Of a stretch of 64,000 nt of DNA, positions 28,647 to 38,873 are shown piece after piece; within the stretch, counting starts at the first letter, position 1; the number at the start of each line of letters is the position of its first letter. The notes under the pieces were generated by a model. It saw only the letters and a program-made list of their open reading frames with translations, ran no database searches and had not been told where the DNA came from. The DNA lies in NCBI GenBank assembly GCA_963790205.1, contig CAWBNQ010000010.1:1-64000 (forward strand), written 5' to 3'. Source of the DNA: Nitrospirota bacterium (GTDB lineage Bacteria; Nitrospirota; UBA9217). The position numbers were made by a program, and so were the translations under genes.

Positions 28647-29615
28647 ATGTTACGCGCGCTTCTGGCATTTATAACCGTATACTCCATGCTTTTAACGGCT
28701 GCATATGCCAGGAACGACTGTTATTCCTGCCACGGGCAGAAAGGCATGCGCGGCTACATAGACGTGGCTTCCTATGAACAATCCGTACATGGTCGCATCG
28801 CCTGCACCAAATGCCATCTCGATATCTCGGGCTACCCCCACGGCAAAGTTTTAAAGGTCAACTGCGGCATCTGCCATTTCCTCGGCAGGGAAGGTGCGCC
28901 CAAAGAAGAGGCGCAGCAATATAAACTAAGCGTTCACGGCCGTGCCGCGCTCGCGGGCAATGCAGCGGCCCCGAAGTGCCAGACCTGTCACGGATCGCAC
29001 TATATCTACCCTTCCACCGAGGCCCGCTCAAAGACGAACCGCGAGAATATCCCCGCTCTGTGCTCTTCCTGCCACCCGAAAGAGTTCGAGGCCTACCGCA
29101 TGAGCATCCACGGCAAAGAATTCCTCGAAAAGAAAAACCTGCTCGCCGCCAACTGTTTCGACTGCCATCTGGAGCACCTGACGCCCGACCCGCGCGGTGA
29201 TCAGTTCAAGCTGCTGCTGGTCCGGCAGTGCGGCCTGTGCCATGCAGAAGAGATGAATACCTACCAGAATACCTATCACGGGAGGGTGGTCCGGCTCGGC
29301 TACGCCAATATCGCCAAATGCTCCGATTGCCACGGCGCGCATACCATCCTGCCGCCGTCCGACCCGGACTCGAGACTTTCGCGGGAAAATATCGTCGCCA
29401 CCTGCAGGGCGTGCCACCCGGGGGCCACGGCAGGGTTTACCAAGTTCTATGCCCATGCCGAGGAGGGCAACCGGAAAAAATACCCCGTACTCTATTACAC
29501 CTATATCTTTATGACAGCGCTTTTGATCGGGGTCTTTGCCTTCTTCTTCACCCACACGTTCCTGTGGGCATTCCGCGCATTAAAGGAGCGAATGGAAAAG
29601 AAGGGAGGCAGGTAG
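28647..29615 (+). CDS. Nine-heme cytochrome c with a C-terminal TM helix
   Basis: Signal peptide and 9 CxxCH motifs counted. Confidence 0.93.
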   Translation: MLRALLAFITVYSMLLTAAYARNDCYSCHGQKGMRGYIDVASYEQSVHGRIACTKCHLDISGYPHGKVLKVNCGICHFLGREGAPKEEAQQYKLSVHGRAALAGNAAAPKCQTCHGSHYIYPSTEARSKTNRENIPALCSSCHPKEFEAYRMSIHGKEFLEKKNLLAANCFDCHLEHLTPDPRGDQFKLLLVRQCGLCHAEEMNTYQNTYHGRVVRLGYANIAKCSDCHGAHTILPPSDPDSRLSRENIVATCRACHPGATAGFTKFYAHAEEGNRKKYPVLYYTYIFMTALLIGVFAFFFTHTFLWAFRALKERMEKKGGR

Positions 29616-29616
29616 C

Positions 29617-30432
29617 ATGACGGAGATCAAACGGTTCAATGTCTATCACCGGGTACTGCACGTGGCCATGGCCGTGAGCTTCATCGGGCTCGTTGCCTCG
29701 GGCATGCCGATCAAGTACGCCCAGGCCCCCTGGGCCGTGTGGCTCATGAAATTTCTCGGCGGTTACCAGTCGGCGGCGCTCATCCACCGGATCTGCGCGG
29801 TCATCACCTTCGGGTACTTTGCCGCCCATATCGGGTACGTGGTCTACGACATCGCCGTGACCAGGAAGTTCAGATTTAACCCCTTCGGCCCCGAATCCAT
29901 GGTCCCTTGGATCAAGGACATCGAGGACATGTATAAGAACTTCCAATGGTTTCTCGGCCGGGGTCCGCGGCCGCAACTCGATCATTGGACCTACTGGGAA
30001 AAATTCGATTACTGGGCCGTGTTCTGGGGCGTCGGGATGATCGGCGTCTCGGGCCTGTTCCTCTGGTTCCCGGAGTTCTTCGGAAAGTTCCTGCCGGGCT
30101 GGACCTTTAATATCGCCACGATCATTCACAGCGATGAGGCGCTCCTCGCTGCGGGGTTCATCTTTACGATCCATTATTTCAACACGCACCTGCGGCCGGA
30201 GAAGTTCCCCATGGACCCTGTCATCTTCACCGGCCGGCTCAGCCTGCAGGAGCTGGAACACGAGCGGCCGCTCGAATACCAGCGCCTTGTCGCGGAAAAC
30301 AGGCTCGAACAATATAAGACCGGGCCCCAGCCGCACTGGATCACGGACGCGGGGATCCTCTTTGGTTTTGCCATCGTATTGATCGGCCTCGTGTTACTCA
30401 TTCTCATAGTCTTGGGGCAGTTCTTCTATTGA
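29617..30432 (+). CDS. Membrane cytochrome b (FdnI/CbcL-like)
   Basis: HRVLH, IHRICA, YWEKFDYWAVFWG, IHSDEALLA..F..H. Confidence 0.9.
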   Translation: MTEIKRFNVYHRVLHVAMAVSFIGLVASGMPIKYAQAPWAVWLMKFLGGYQSAALIHRICAVITFGYFAAHIGYVVYDIAVTRKFRFNPFGPESMVPWIKDIEDMYKNFQWFLGRGPRPQLDHWTYWEKFDYWAVFWGVGMIGVSGLFLWFPEFFGKFLPGWTFNIATIIHSDEALLAAGFIFTIHYFNTHLRPEKFPMDPVIFTGRLSLQELEHERPLEYQRLVAENRLEQYKTGPQPHWITDAGILFGFAIVLIGLVLLILIVLGQFFY

Positions 30433-30434
30433 CC

Positions 30435-31151
30435 ATGTCCTTACAATCGAGAGACCTTTTTGTCAGGCAGATTTTCTCCACGGTAGCCCCCTACGTCGAT
30501 TTTCTCAGCAGCGGTTTCAGCCTCGGGTTCGACCACTTCTGGCGCATGAAGGCGGTTTCCCTCTCGGGCATCCGCGAAGGGGAGCAGGTGCTCGACGTAT
30601 GCACCGGCACGGGAGAACTGGCCTTCTTGCTTTCACGCCGGGTAGGCCCCCGGGGCTCGGTCACAGGCGCCGATTTCTGCGAGGAGATGCTCGCCCGGGC
30701 GCGAAAGAAGACCGGCAGGCGTCACCGTAACCTGTCGTACATCATGTCCGATGCGAAGCAACTCCCCTTTCCCGACGATACCTTCGACGCGGTCACGGTC
30801 GCCTTCGGCATGAGGAACATCCCCGATACGCTCCTCGCCCTGCAGGAAATCAAGCGGGTGCTCAAGCCCGGCGGTAAGTTCGTCTGTCTCGAACTGACCC
30901 GGCCCAGCGTCAAGTGGTTCCGGTCACTCTATGAGTGGTACGTGTTCAGGGTCATGCCCTTCATCGGCGAGATCGTCGTCAAAACGGCAGCGCCCTACTT
31001 GTACCTGCCGAGGTCCATCAACGCCTTTTATCCGCCTGACGAGTTCAGGCGGATCATCTCCGAATGCGGGTATTCGCGCGTTACCATCGACTCGCTGACC
31101 ATGGGGATCGCGACGATCTACCGGGCGGTGAAGACGGAAAAAAACCAATAA
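30435..31151 (+). CDS. ubiE: UbiE/MenG-family quinone methyltransferase
   Basis: VLDVCTGTG, LPFPDDTFDAVTVAFGMRN, RVLKPGG, YLYLPRSI. Confidence 0.85.
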   Translation: MSLQSRDLFVRQIFSTVAPYVDFLSSGFSLGFDHFWRMKAVSLSGIREGEQVLDVCTGTGELAFLLSRRVGPRGSVTGADFCEEMLARARKKTGRRHRNLSYIMSDAKQLPFPDDTFDAVTVAFGMRNIPDTLLALQEIKRVLKPGGKFVCLELTRPSVKWFRSLYEWYVFRVMPFIGEIVVKTAAPYLYLPRSINAFYPPDEFRRIISECGYSRVTIDSLTMGIATIYRAVKTEKNQ

Positions 31152-31215
31152 TAGTTATTGTAAAATTTAAATTGCACATTGAAAATTTTCAATTTGCATT
31201 GCCGTCGAGGTCTCT

Positions 31216-31863
31216 ATGGATAAGGTCGGCATCCTGTGCGAAAAAGACAGCGTCATGATGCACGAATTCTCCCGCCTGAGCCTTGACCGTATCAAGGGTC
31301 ACTCCCTGCTCTCCGTCACGGTCTCCCTCTTTTCCTCGTACATGGAAGCGAATGTAAAAAAAGAGGTGGAAAAGGACCGGCTCATCATCGAAGAAGCAGC
31401 TGCTGCCTTCGAGGCGGGGCGGCCCGCCTGCGACCTGGATCTGGAGGATATTTTTGAAAAAACGAAAGAAGTAGACAAGGAGTTTCTGGACAACCTCATG
31501 ATCCCATCGTTCTCCTTCTCGGTCCGTTACAGCGATTTTGCCGACATCCGGTTACAACGGATCTGGCGCATAGCGAGGTCCGTCTATGCCCTCCTGGGAA
31601 AATGGCCGGAAGGAGCGCCGTTCTCCGATGCCGTGAAAAAGGCCTACGCAGGAAAAGCATTTAAAGAGCTCATCGTGGAAATATTGCACCTCTATAACCT
31701 TGAGACCAGGATGCTGGGTGATGCCATACGCTCACCGTTCCATAAGGCGATAAGCTCCACGATCGAGGCCCTCTTTCAGACAATGGAGAAAACGATGGAA
31801 GAGGTGGCAAACGACTACACAAAAAAAATATACGGAGTAACTGCTGAGCAGATCAGTCGCTGA
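31216..31863 (+). CDS. Hypothetical helical protein
   Basis: 215-aa ORF with GAGG RBS in an operon context. Confidence 0.7.
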   Translation: MDKVGILCEKDSVMMHEFSRLSLDRIKGHSLLSVTVSLFSSYMEANVKKEVEKDRLIIEEAAAAFEAGRPACDLDLEDIFEKTKEVDKEFLDNLMIPSFSFSVRYSDFADIRLQRIWRIARSVYALLGKWPEGAPFSDAVKKAYAGKAFKELIVEILHLYNLETRMLGDAIRSPFHKAISSTIEALFQTMEKTMEEVANDYTKKIYGVTAEQISR

Positions 31864-31941
31864 GGGCGGGCGAAGAATGCGCGTTTCGCGATGAAGCGAA
31901 GTGGCTGGTCCGAAAGTCATTATACGGAGACGAAATCGTCT

Positions 31942-33723
31942 ATGCCTAAAACAGACCTGGTCCTCCTCCATCCCCCAAGCGTTTTCAGGTTCCGCGAGCT
32001 GCCCCTCTTCTACGGGCCGGTAAGCGACGTCGTCCCGTCGTCATCCATTTTCGAGATTTATCCCATCGGGTTTCTGACCATATCGGACTACCTCAACCGG
32101 CACGGCCTGTCGGTCAGGATCGTCAACATCGCCTTAAAGATGCTGCGGGACAAGGCCTTCGACCCCGCACGGTTCCTTGCCCGGCTCACCCCGCCGGCCG
32201 CCTTCGGCATCGATCTCCACTGGCTCCCGCATGCGGACGGCAGCCTGAGCCTGGCGGAACTCGTCAAGAAGCTTCACCCGGACGTTCCCGTCATCCTCGG
32301 CGGCTTGAGCGCGACCTATTTTCAGGAAGAGCTCATGCGTGATTATCCCTTCGTCGATTTCATCGTCTGCGGCGAATCCACGGAAGAGCCTTTGCGCGGA
32401 CTGATGGAGGCCATAAAGAAGGGTGGCGGGTATGAGTCGGTGCCGAACCTGGTATGGCGGGACAAGAACGGGCGGGTAACGGTGAACGAGCGCTCGTTCA
32501 TGCCCGATGACCTCGATTACATAGACTTCAATTACCCCCATTTGCTGAAAATGGCGGTCAAATACCTTGACCCCTCCGGCTACATTCCCTTCAAGTACTG
32601 GCCCAGCTACCCCGTCACCGCGGTCTTCTCGGTGCGTGGCTGCAACCACAATTGCGGCACCTGCGGGGGATCCCTCTCTGCGTTCAAACGGGTCTGCAAG
32701 AGGCAGCGTCCCTGCTTCCGGTCTCCGGAACTCGTGGCCGACGATATTCGCCGGATCGCCGAGCTGACCGGCGCGCCCGTTATCGTTCTCGGGGACCTGC
32801 TCCAGGCCGGAAGGGAGTACGGCGAACGGTTTTTGTCCGCCATGAAAAGAAACTGCATCAGGAACGAGGTCTGCATAGAATTCTTCAGCCCGCCTCCCGC
32901 GGATTTTCTCGAAAAGGTGGCCGACTCCCTGGCGACCTTCAATATCGAGATCTCTCCCGAATCGCACGACATCAATGTCAGGAAGACCTTCGGGAAAAGC
33001 TATGACAATACGGCGCTGGAAGGCATGATCGAAACGCTCATCAGCGTGGGCTGCAAACGGGTCGACCTGTTCTTTATGGTGGGCCTCCCGAAGCAGACGT
33101 ACGCGTCGGTCATGGACACGGTCAAGTACTGCGGCGAGCTCATGGAACGGTACGGCGGCAACGGAACGCCGGGCAGGATCCTGCCGCTGATCGCGCCCCT
33201 CGCGCCGTTCATCGACCCCGGCAGCGCGATATTCGAAGATCCGGAGAAGTACGGATACCGGTTCTTCTACCGGACCCTCAAGGAGCACCGGCGGGCCATG
33301 CTCATGCCGAGCTGGAAATTCGCGCTGAACTACGAGACGAAGTGGATGAGCCGGGACGAGATCGTGCGGGCCACGTACGACGGCGCGCTCAACCTTCTTG
33401 ACCTCAAGGAGCGCTACGGGGTGATCGGAGCGAAAAAAGCGGAAAGGATACGGGACCATCTCACCCGCGCGATCGCGCTGAGCCGGAAGATCACCGATCC
33501 CCTGAACGTGGACAACGCCCTGCGTGAGGAGATCATGAACCTCAATACGCTCGACCTGGTCTGCGACAAGCACGAGCTCGACTGGCCCATTAAAGGATGG
33601 AAATTGAAGGTGCCGAACATATTGCGACTGATTTTCAAACCAACGGAACAGCGGCCCCGCCACATCTCTATTAAAGACCCTGGTAATAAACCACACGGGA
33701 AATCAGCAGTCACGACTCGGTGA
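31942..33723 (+). CDS. B12-binding radical SAM protein (TIGR04190-like)
   Basis: LLHPPS..YPIGF, GIDLHWLPH, RGCNHNCGTC (CxxxCxxC). Confidence 0.88.
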   Translation: MPKTDLVLLHPPSVFRFRELPLFYGPVSDVVPSSSIFEIYPIGFLTISDYLNRHGLSVRIVNIALKMLRDKAFDPARFLARLTPPAAFGIDLHWLPHADGSLSLAELVKKLHPDVPVILGGLSATYFQEELMRDYPFVDFIVCGESTEEPLRGLMEAIKKGGGYESVPNLVWRDKNGRVTVNERSFMPDDLDYIDFNYPHLLKMAVKYLDPSGYIPFKYWPSYPVTAVFSVRGCNHNCGTCGGSLSAFKRVCKRQRPCFRSPELVADDIRRIAELTGAPVIVLGDLLQAGREYGERFLSAMKRNCIRNEVCIEFFSPPPADFLEKVADSLATFNIEISPESHDINVRKTFGKSYDNTALEGMIETLISVGCKRVDLFFMVGLPKQTYASVMDTVKYCGELMERYGGNGTPGRILPLIAPLAPFIDPGSAIFEDPEKYGYRFFYRTLKEHRRAMLMPSWKFALNYETKWMSRDEIVRATYDGALNLLDLKERYGVIGAKKAERIRDHLTRAIALSRKITDPLNVDNALREEIMNLNTLDLVCDKHELDWPIKGWKLKVPNILRLIFKPTEQRPRHISIKDPGNKPHGKSAVTTR

Positions 33724-33771
33724 CCGTAGGATGAAAGCAGGCATAGAAACAACGAAGTTTTTTGTACAGCG

Positions 33772-34341
33772 TCATCTGGCAGGCATGAACAACAGGAACA
33801 AATCTGCGACACCCATAACGATAGCTGCGAAGCCTGCCAGTACGTTTACCACTGACACTATCCAACCAAGATACTGAAACCAGAGCCCTGCGATGATCCC
33901 CAGCATATATCCGGCACAAAGTCCCGCGACTGAGGTAGAGGCCCCAAGCCATGCAGAGTGGCTGTCAAGGCCGGCTAATACGCCGGAAGAGAACCCGAGA
34001 GAAACGATAAAGGCGAATATCCCGAACTGGAAGTTTCTGTAGGAAGGGGAAATACCCCGCTGGGAGTATATGCTGAAGCCGATAAGGGCTGCCATCCCGC
34101 CGACGCCCAGGATGCTCAGTATCCAGCCGAGGATCGATCCCAGCTTTATGACCATGGGGATGCCGATGGCAGCGAGAATCAGACAGATAGCAAGGCCTAT
34201 CGCGCCTTCCATGAAGCTGTGGGAAACAAAGGTGGTGCCTTCACTTTTTTCCGGCTGGAAGCGTGATCTGATCAATTGAGGGAAAAAAGTCATGTGAAAT
34301 TCCATGGAGAGGATCTTCGGGTGGACAATATCATCGGTCAT
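33772..34341 (-). CDS. Multi-pass membrane protein
   Basis: About five Gly-rich hydrophobic segments. Confidence 0.7.
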   Translation of the reverse strand: MTDDIVHPKILSMEFHMTFFPQLIRSRFQPEKSEGTTFVSHSFMEGAIGLAICLILAAIGIPMVIKLGSILGWILSILGVGGMAALIGFSIYSQRGISPSYRNFQFGIFAFIVSLGFSSGVLAGLDSHSAWLGASTSVAGLCAGYMLGIIAGLWFQYLGWIVSVVNVLAGFAAIVMGVADLFLLFMPAR

Positions 34342-34731
34342 TTCAAAACCTCCATTAGGGCTGTGTGTCAGCGCCTCATGAGACGCCCATATCAGAAAAA
34401 CAAAATAGTACGTTTATTCCGAGACCATAGGCTCCTAATTAAAATATAGAAATAAAACTTTTACGAGAAATGCTTTATTAAAAGCAGCGGTCCTTAATAT
34501 TGCAATTATGGAGCAGGGCGGAAATTATTCTGTTATGATGGGCATCCGCAGGATGCAGTTTACCCGGCGCATGAGACTGTGTAGCAATAATGGTCTTCAT
34601 TTAGCATTTGCCGTTATCATCAGTTTCGCACTAATACAAACGCAGAATAAATTGATACAGTGAGGCAGCTTAACGCATTGATTATATGGGGCTACTATTT
34701 CGACTTTGCCACAATTCTTAGTGCGTTTGTA

Positions 34732-35568
34732 TTAGATCAGGTTGAAAGCGCGCAACTCCTTCTCGTTCAGTAGGCGTTGACCTACGTAGATAAAATCGAA
34801 GTGAAAGCTCCATTCGCCCATAATGATGAGGCGCCAGCGCGACTGCCATTTCTGGCAGACGATCCATTCGCCGAGATCCCCCTCACCACAGTAGCTGATG
34901 TATGCAAAGTCCCCGGATACAGCGGATGTTTTCCTGGACGATGGCTCGGAAAGCAGAAGGTCCAGGGGTGACGTCTCGGGCGGTGGGTGAGGGTCAAAAG
35001 TGGTAACGACCTGTGCGAGTGGCAAAATCTCGAGCACATGGACTTTGAGCCATGCAAAATCTTTTGCTGCTGAGAAAACGTCTAACAACTTAACCCGTAC
35101 GAAGGATGAAGGAGGAATTTCGTCTGGAGCATCATCCCAGCCGTTCAGTGCCGAGGAGGGAGGTTGGAACAGAATCCAGGGTCTAAAATTGCGATCCGAC
35201 GACAGGAATGGCTGTTGGACCCTAATGAAATATGTATCATTCAAAATTGGGGTGACGCTAGGCCAGAGGAGTTTGTCTGTAGAAGCGGGAGCAAATTCAG
35301 ACCACGTAACATTGTCATATGCCCAAAGGGAAGCCCAGGTCGGCAAGACTGGCAGAGCGCCCAGTTTGAGGAGTTCCGTGTCACAAGCTTTACAACGCGA
35401 TGAAAGGATTGGAATGATGATATAACTCCCTTTTTGGATTTCTACGACTTTGCTCAACGGCAAAATTCTAAAGCAACGGAAGCGACTATTTCCACGGCGA
35501 TTTAAGCAGCCCTCCAAGCCTTTCTCGACATACTCTCCTAATGACACGCTGAAAAGATTTCTCTCCAA
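34732..35568 (-). CDS. Hypothetical protein (start uncertain)
   Basis: Long ORF only; the N-terminal part looks non-coding. Confidence 0.45.
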   Translation of the reverse strand: MERNLFSVSLGEYVEKGLEGCLNRRGNSRFRCFRILPLSKVVEIQKGSYIIIPILSSRCKACDTELLKLGALPVLPTWASLWAYDNVTWSEFAPASTDKLLWPSVTPILNDTYFIRVQQPFLSSDRNFRPWILFQPPSSALNGWDDAPDEIPPSSFVRVKLLDVFSAAKDFAWLKVHVLEILPLAQVVTTFDPHPPPETSPLDLLLSEPSSRKTSAVSGDFAYISYCGEGDLGEWIVCQKWQSRWRLIIMGEWSFHFDFIYVGQRLLNEKELRAFNLI

Positions 35569-35886
35569 AGAGTATTATTCGCTCAAACTCATCGCGCGAG
35601 AAGGTCCGCTCGTTATGGAAGTTTTGCTTTCTGCTCTGGCATGGGCAGTCGCTGCCAGGAATCGGGTCCAACTTGTTCGGGAGCACTCATTCATTTTTCT
35701 CACTTTTTCTCTAATACGATCTCAAAAGAGTATTCAGCCTACAACCTGCAATTCTTTATCATCCCTAGCAACGCTTTTGAGTTCTGGCATTCGTAAGTTG
35801 ATATAATTTCGTTTCTATAGCTTATATATCCTTTCGACCCGCTGCACTTCAATCTTGCCTTTGCCGGAGGAAGATGCTGTCGCCTT

Positions 35887-36453
35887 CTACACGTTATCAG
35901 ACGCCCATACCTCAAATCCGGTCTTCGTGTCCTGGACTACGGTTCCCTTCGAGGCGCCGAGGAGTTTGGCCGCGATCCAAAGATCGCCGACTGCGCCGAT
36001 CGTGTTGATGGTGAAACAAAAGTTGGAAAAGAGTTTGAGCAAGTCCCGTGCATACAGAAGTCCGAATACGAGATCCAGAACGATTAGTGGAGCCAGGGCC
36101 ACGAGGATGAAATGATTGCGTGGGATCTTGCTCGTAAAAGTGATGTAAACAAGAGGAGGTTTGAACCCGAATACAGGGTCATGTCCGAAGAGGGCGGCGA
36201 CCGCACCGTGAATACCCTCATGCAGGCTGACGACAATGACTATCGCGGCGAGAAGCCAACCGACGAGAGAAAGTCTCAAGGTGAAATCCATATGCAAAAA
36301 GGAGTTCACTATGCCGGCGAGAATTCCCATGACAATGCATAATCCGTAAACGGCTTTTCGCGGTAGAGTAAATTCGCTGACCTTTTTCAATTTATGCATC
36401 CGCCTCATCACTTTGCCGAAGATAAATTGCCATTCGGTCTGAACCACGATCAT
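35887..36453 (-). CDS. DUF3267-like membrane zinc metalloprotease
   Basis: LHEGIH (HExxH), LAP, N..GAVGD. Confidence 0.8.
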   Translation of the reverse strand: MIVVQTEWQFIFGKVMRRMHKLKKVSEFTLPRKAVYGLCIVMGILAGIVNSFLHMDFTLRLSLVGWLLAAIVIVVSLHEGIHGAVAALFGHDPVFGFKPPLVYITFTSKIPRNHFILVALAPLIVLDLVFGLLYARDLLKLFSNFCFTINTIGAVGDLWIAAKLLGASKGTVVQDTKTGFEVWASDNV

Positions 36454-36925
36454 CTGTTATTGACAATGGCTTGCTTATTTCAATAGAAATACGGCTTCAT
36501 GATAATGTTTTAAGAGATCTGTCAATCTATGCAACAATTATGAATTATTCAAAACAACGTTTGAAACAACGCTGTTCTCTGTAACTCCATCAAAACATCT
36601 AACATGTAATTTCTCGCACTACTCCTCGCTCTTTTTCAACGTCGACTGTATTATCCTGCCGCCTTCCGATATGAATCCCAGGTCCGCCTCTGCGCCGGTT
36701 ACGAGCGAGGGAATCTGCTTCTCTACGTTGAAACTTTGCCACATCTCTTTTTCCGTGCCTGCATTCCGCTGCCGGGCGACCTGAACATTCGCTTGCAGTA
36801 CACCGGTTTGTTTCTGGCTCTCTACTACTCTGAGTTGCACCGGAGAGTCGATGAACTGCACGAAGGTACCGCCTACAGAGTTGTTTGTACCATCATAAAT
36901 TATGTGAGCCTCATGATGTCCCCCT

Positions 36926-37050
36926 TGATAATATCGGGCTGCGGTCCCAGTTCATCGCCAAGGACTTCAAAGAGTACATTCGCGTGTCTGATATGATGCC
37001 TGTATGGACGTCGTCCTATGATCCCAGTCAAAGGGCAAACGGTAGAAAAC
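36926..37050 (+). pseudogene. Degenerate IS3-family transposase (integrase core) fragment
   Basis: DN..SQFIAKDFKEYIR...TSSYDP..NG resembles the SDNGxQF...PQSNG region of IS3 OrfB. Confidence 0.6.
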
Positions 37051-38352
37051 GGCTCTCCCGGGTTTAGCATGGATACATGTCTAGCCCGCCGCAGTGAAAG
37101 TAAATTGCTGTCTTGAAGTGTTCCTTGTTCCGAAATCCGTAGGCCATCTTTTTGATTGTCTGTATCTTGCTGTTGAGCCCTTCGCTGACCGCATTCGTTA
37201 TGCGGTGCTGAAGATAAGTCAGAACGTTAGCAATATGTCTTTTGATCGTTCCTGCTGCGTCAATGATTGGCTTCAGCCTGCTGTGTGTTGCCCAGAAATA
37301 CCACCGCTTCCAGAATTTCCTCGCTGACTCGGCATAGTTGTAATGCCACAACTTCCGAAACGTCTCCTTGATGGCCCACGCGCGTCCTACCTTCAACTCA
37401 AGCTTTTGTAATGCGGCAAATTCCCTGCGGCGTTTCTCCGGAACGTTCTCCTTGCTGTACGGCCACAAGTACTTACTCCCCTTGAGCGTTTCGTCACCTT
37501 CTTTCATCCGCTGCCGATGTTCCTGCTTTCGTACCGTGTCTACCGCTTTCCCGAGGTAGCCCATAATGTGGAACCGGTCGAAAACGATCTTGCTCTCGGC
37601 ACCAGGCACATGGGCACGCGTCGCCTCAAGGTAGGGCTCCCACATGTCCATTGCAACCGCCTCGAGGCCTTCTAATTGCTCCGGCGTCAGACTCTTGTAA
37701 TAGCTCTCCAGACTGCTCTGTTTGCGGTCATCCTCAATGTGCTCTACCGTGCCTCCGTCTATATCGCTTACCAGCGTCAGGTATGTATGACCCTTGGCAA
37801 TGGCTTTCTCATCGACGCCGATCCGGGGAACGACGCGGTCTTGTTTCCGAAGCTTTCCGCGCTCTACGGCGCGTTCCATGAGGTTCCATGCTTCGTCCCA
37901 GCTTATCCGCAAGATCTTCGTGGCCCCGGTTATATCGCACTCCCGAAGAACATCTATGGCCAACCGCTCAAATAAAACCGTGAATCGTGACTTCGGTTCC
38001 GCCCAAGGGACCCGAACCTGCAAAATCCCATGCTCTGCACACGTTATGCGGGGAATACGCGCATGCAAGTACGTCTTGAACTGGCAACTGTCAAGGTGAC
38101 GCCATAACCGCTCTTCGGCATGATCATAGACCGTCGACTCCTTCGAGCATTCCGGACAAGACCATACTGCGTCCTTCTCATGTTCCACCCATACATCTAC
38201 CCGCTGCTGCTTTACATCCAGTTCAACTTGACTGACACTCCAGGGTGACTTCAATCCCAGCAATTGCTGATAAAGTCCGGTATCCTGCATGATCGCCTCC
38301 TCAGGCGACCATCCTATCACATATTTCTACCCACGGGAAAGCCGGAAGAATC
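37051..38352 (-). mobile_element. ISL3-family insertion sequence, copy 1 (1302 bp)
   Basis: Imperfect terminal IRs GGCTCTCCCGGGTTT / GATTCTTCCGGCTTT; near-identical to copy 2. Confidence 0.95.
37064..38290 (-). CDS. ISL3-family transposase
   Basis: CPEC zinc finger, IGVDE, AMDMW, FDRFH, EGLNSKIQ..K..AYGFRN. Confidence 0.95.
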   Translation of the reverse strand: MQDTGLYQQLLGLKSPWSVSQVELDVKQQRVDVWVEHEKDAVWSCPECSKESTVYDHAEERLWRHLDSCQFKTYLHARIPRITCAEHGILQVRVPWAEPKSRFTVLFERLAIDVLRECDITGATKILRISWDEAWNLMERAVERGKLRKQDRVVPRIGVDEKAIAKGHTYLTLVSDIDGGTVEHIEDDRKQSSLESYYKSLTPEQLEGLEAVAMDMWEPYLEATRAHVPGAESKIVFDRFHIMGYLGKAVDTVRKQEHRQRMKEGDETLKGSKYLWPYSKENVPEKRRREFAALQKLELKVGRAWAIKETFRKLWHYNYAESARKFWKRWYFWATHSRLKPIIDAAGTIKRHIANVLTYLQHRITNAVSEGLNSKIQTIKKMAYGFRNKEHFKTAIYFHCGGLDMYPC

Positions 38353-38362
38353 AAAAAAACAA

Positions 38363-38848
38363 TCATCTATGGATGGCTCGGCCGACGACTTCAGCAAAAG
38401 CAGCAACTCCAATTCCACCCGCAAGTGCAGCGTATCCACTGACAAAAGACAAACAAAGGGCCGTAGTCAGTCCCAGCACGGCTGCCGTTCCTTCAGGCGA
38501 GTTAACTCCACCATTGCCAACGCCGCTACCAGGACAGGGGCCACAACCACCTCCGCAACTGCCCTGACACACATCATCCTTCTGCCACCCGGCTGCCGTC
38601 TGATGCAACAGTCCGCTGCTTCCGGCCTCTGCAGCAATAAGGGTTTTCATTTCAACGTTATTCAATGGTTGTATGGCTGAAGGAAGCACCTCACCAGCTT
38701 TTTGGTTCAGTAGTTCCCTGCTCCCGGAGCCCGCATTTAGTTTTGCGATTTCATCCGCTCCATTTGACGCAAAGGCATTTGCCACAAAGCCTTGCAGTAC
38801 AATGCCGATAACCATGATGCAGGTAAGCGCACATTTCATAATTTTCAT
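38363..38848 (-). CDS. Secreted precursor-like protein with a Cys/Gly-rich segment and hydrophobic C-terminus
   Basis: Signal peptide ending AFA; CQGSCGGGCGPC; Ala/Gly hydrophobic tail. Confidence 0.7.
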   Translation of the reverse strand: MKIMKCALTCIMVIGIVLQGFVANAFASNGADEIAKLNAGSGSRELLNQKAGEVLPSAIQPLNNVEMKTLIAAEAGSSGLLHQTAAGWQKDDVCQGSCGGGCGPCPGSGVGNGGVNSPEGTAAVLGLTTALCLSFVSGYAALAGGIGVAAFAEVVGRAIHR

Positions 38849-38873
38849 ATCACTGCCTCCTTGTTTATTTGAT

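Noticed and set aside
32134..33696. Long antisense ORFs (e.g. 520 aa here, 430 aa at 41852-43144, 407 aa at 12473-13696)
   Set aside because: Shadow ORFs opposite well-supported genes in high-GC DNA.
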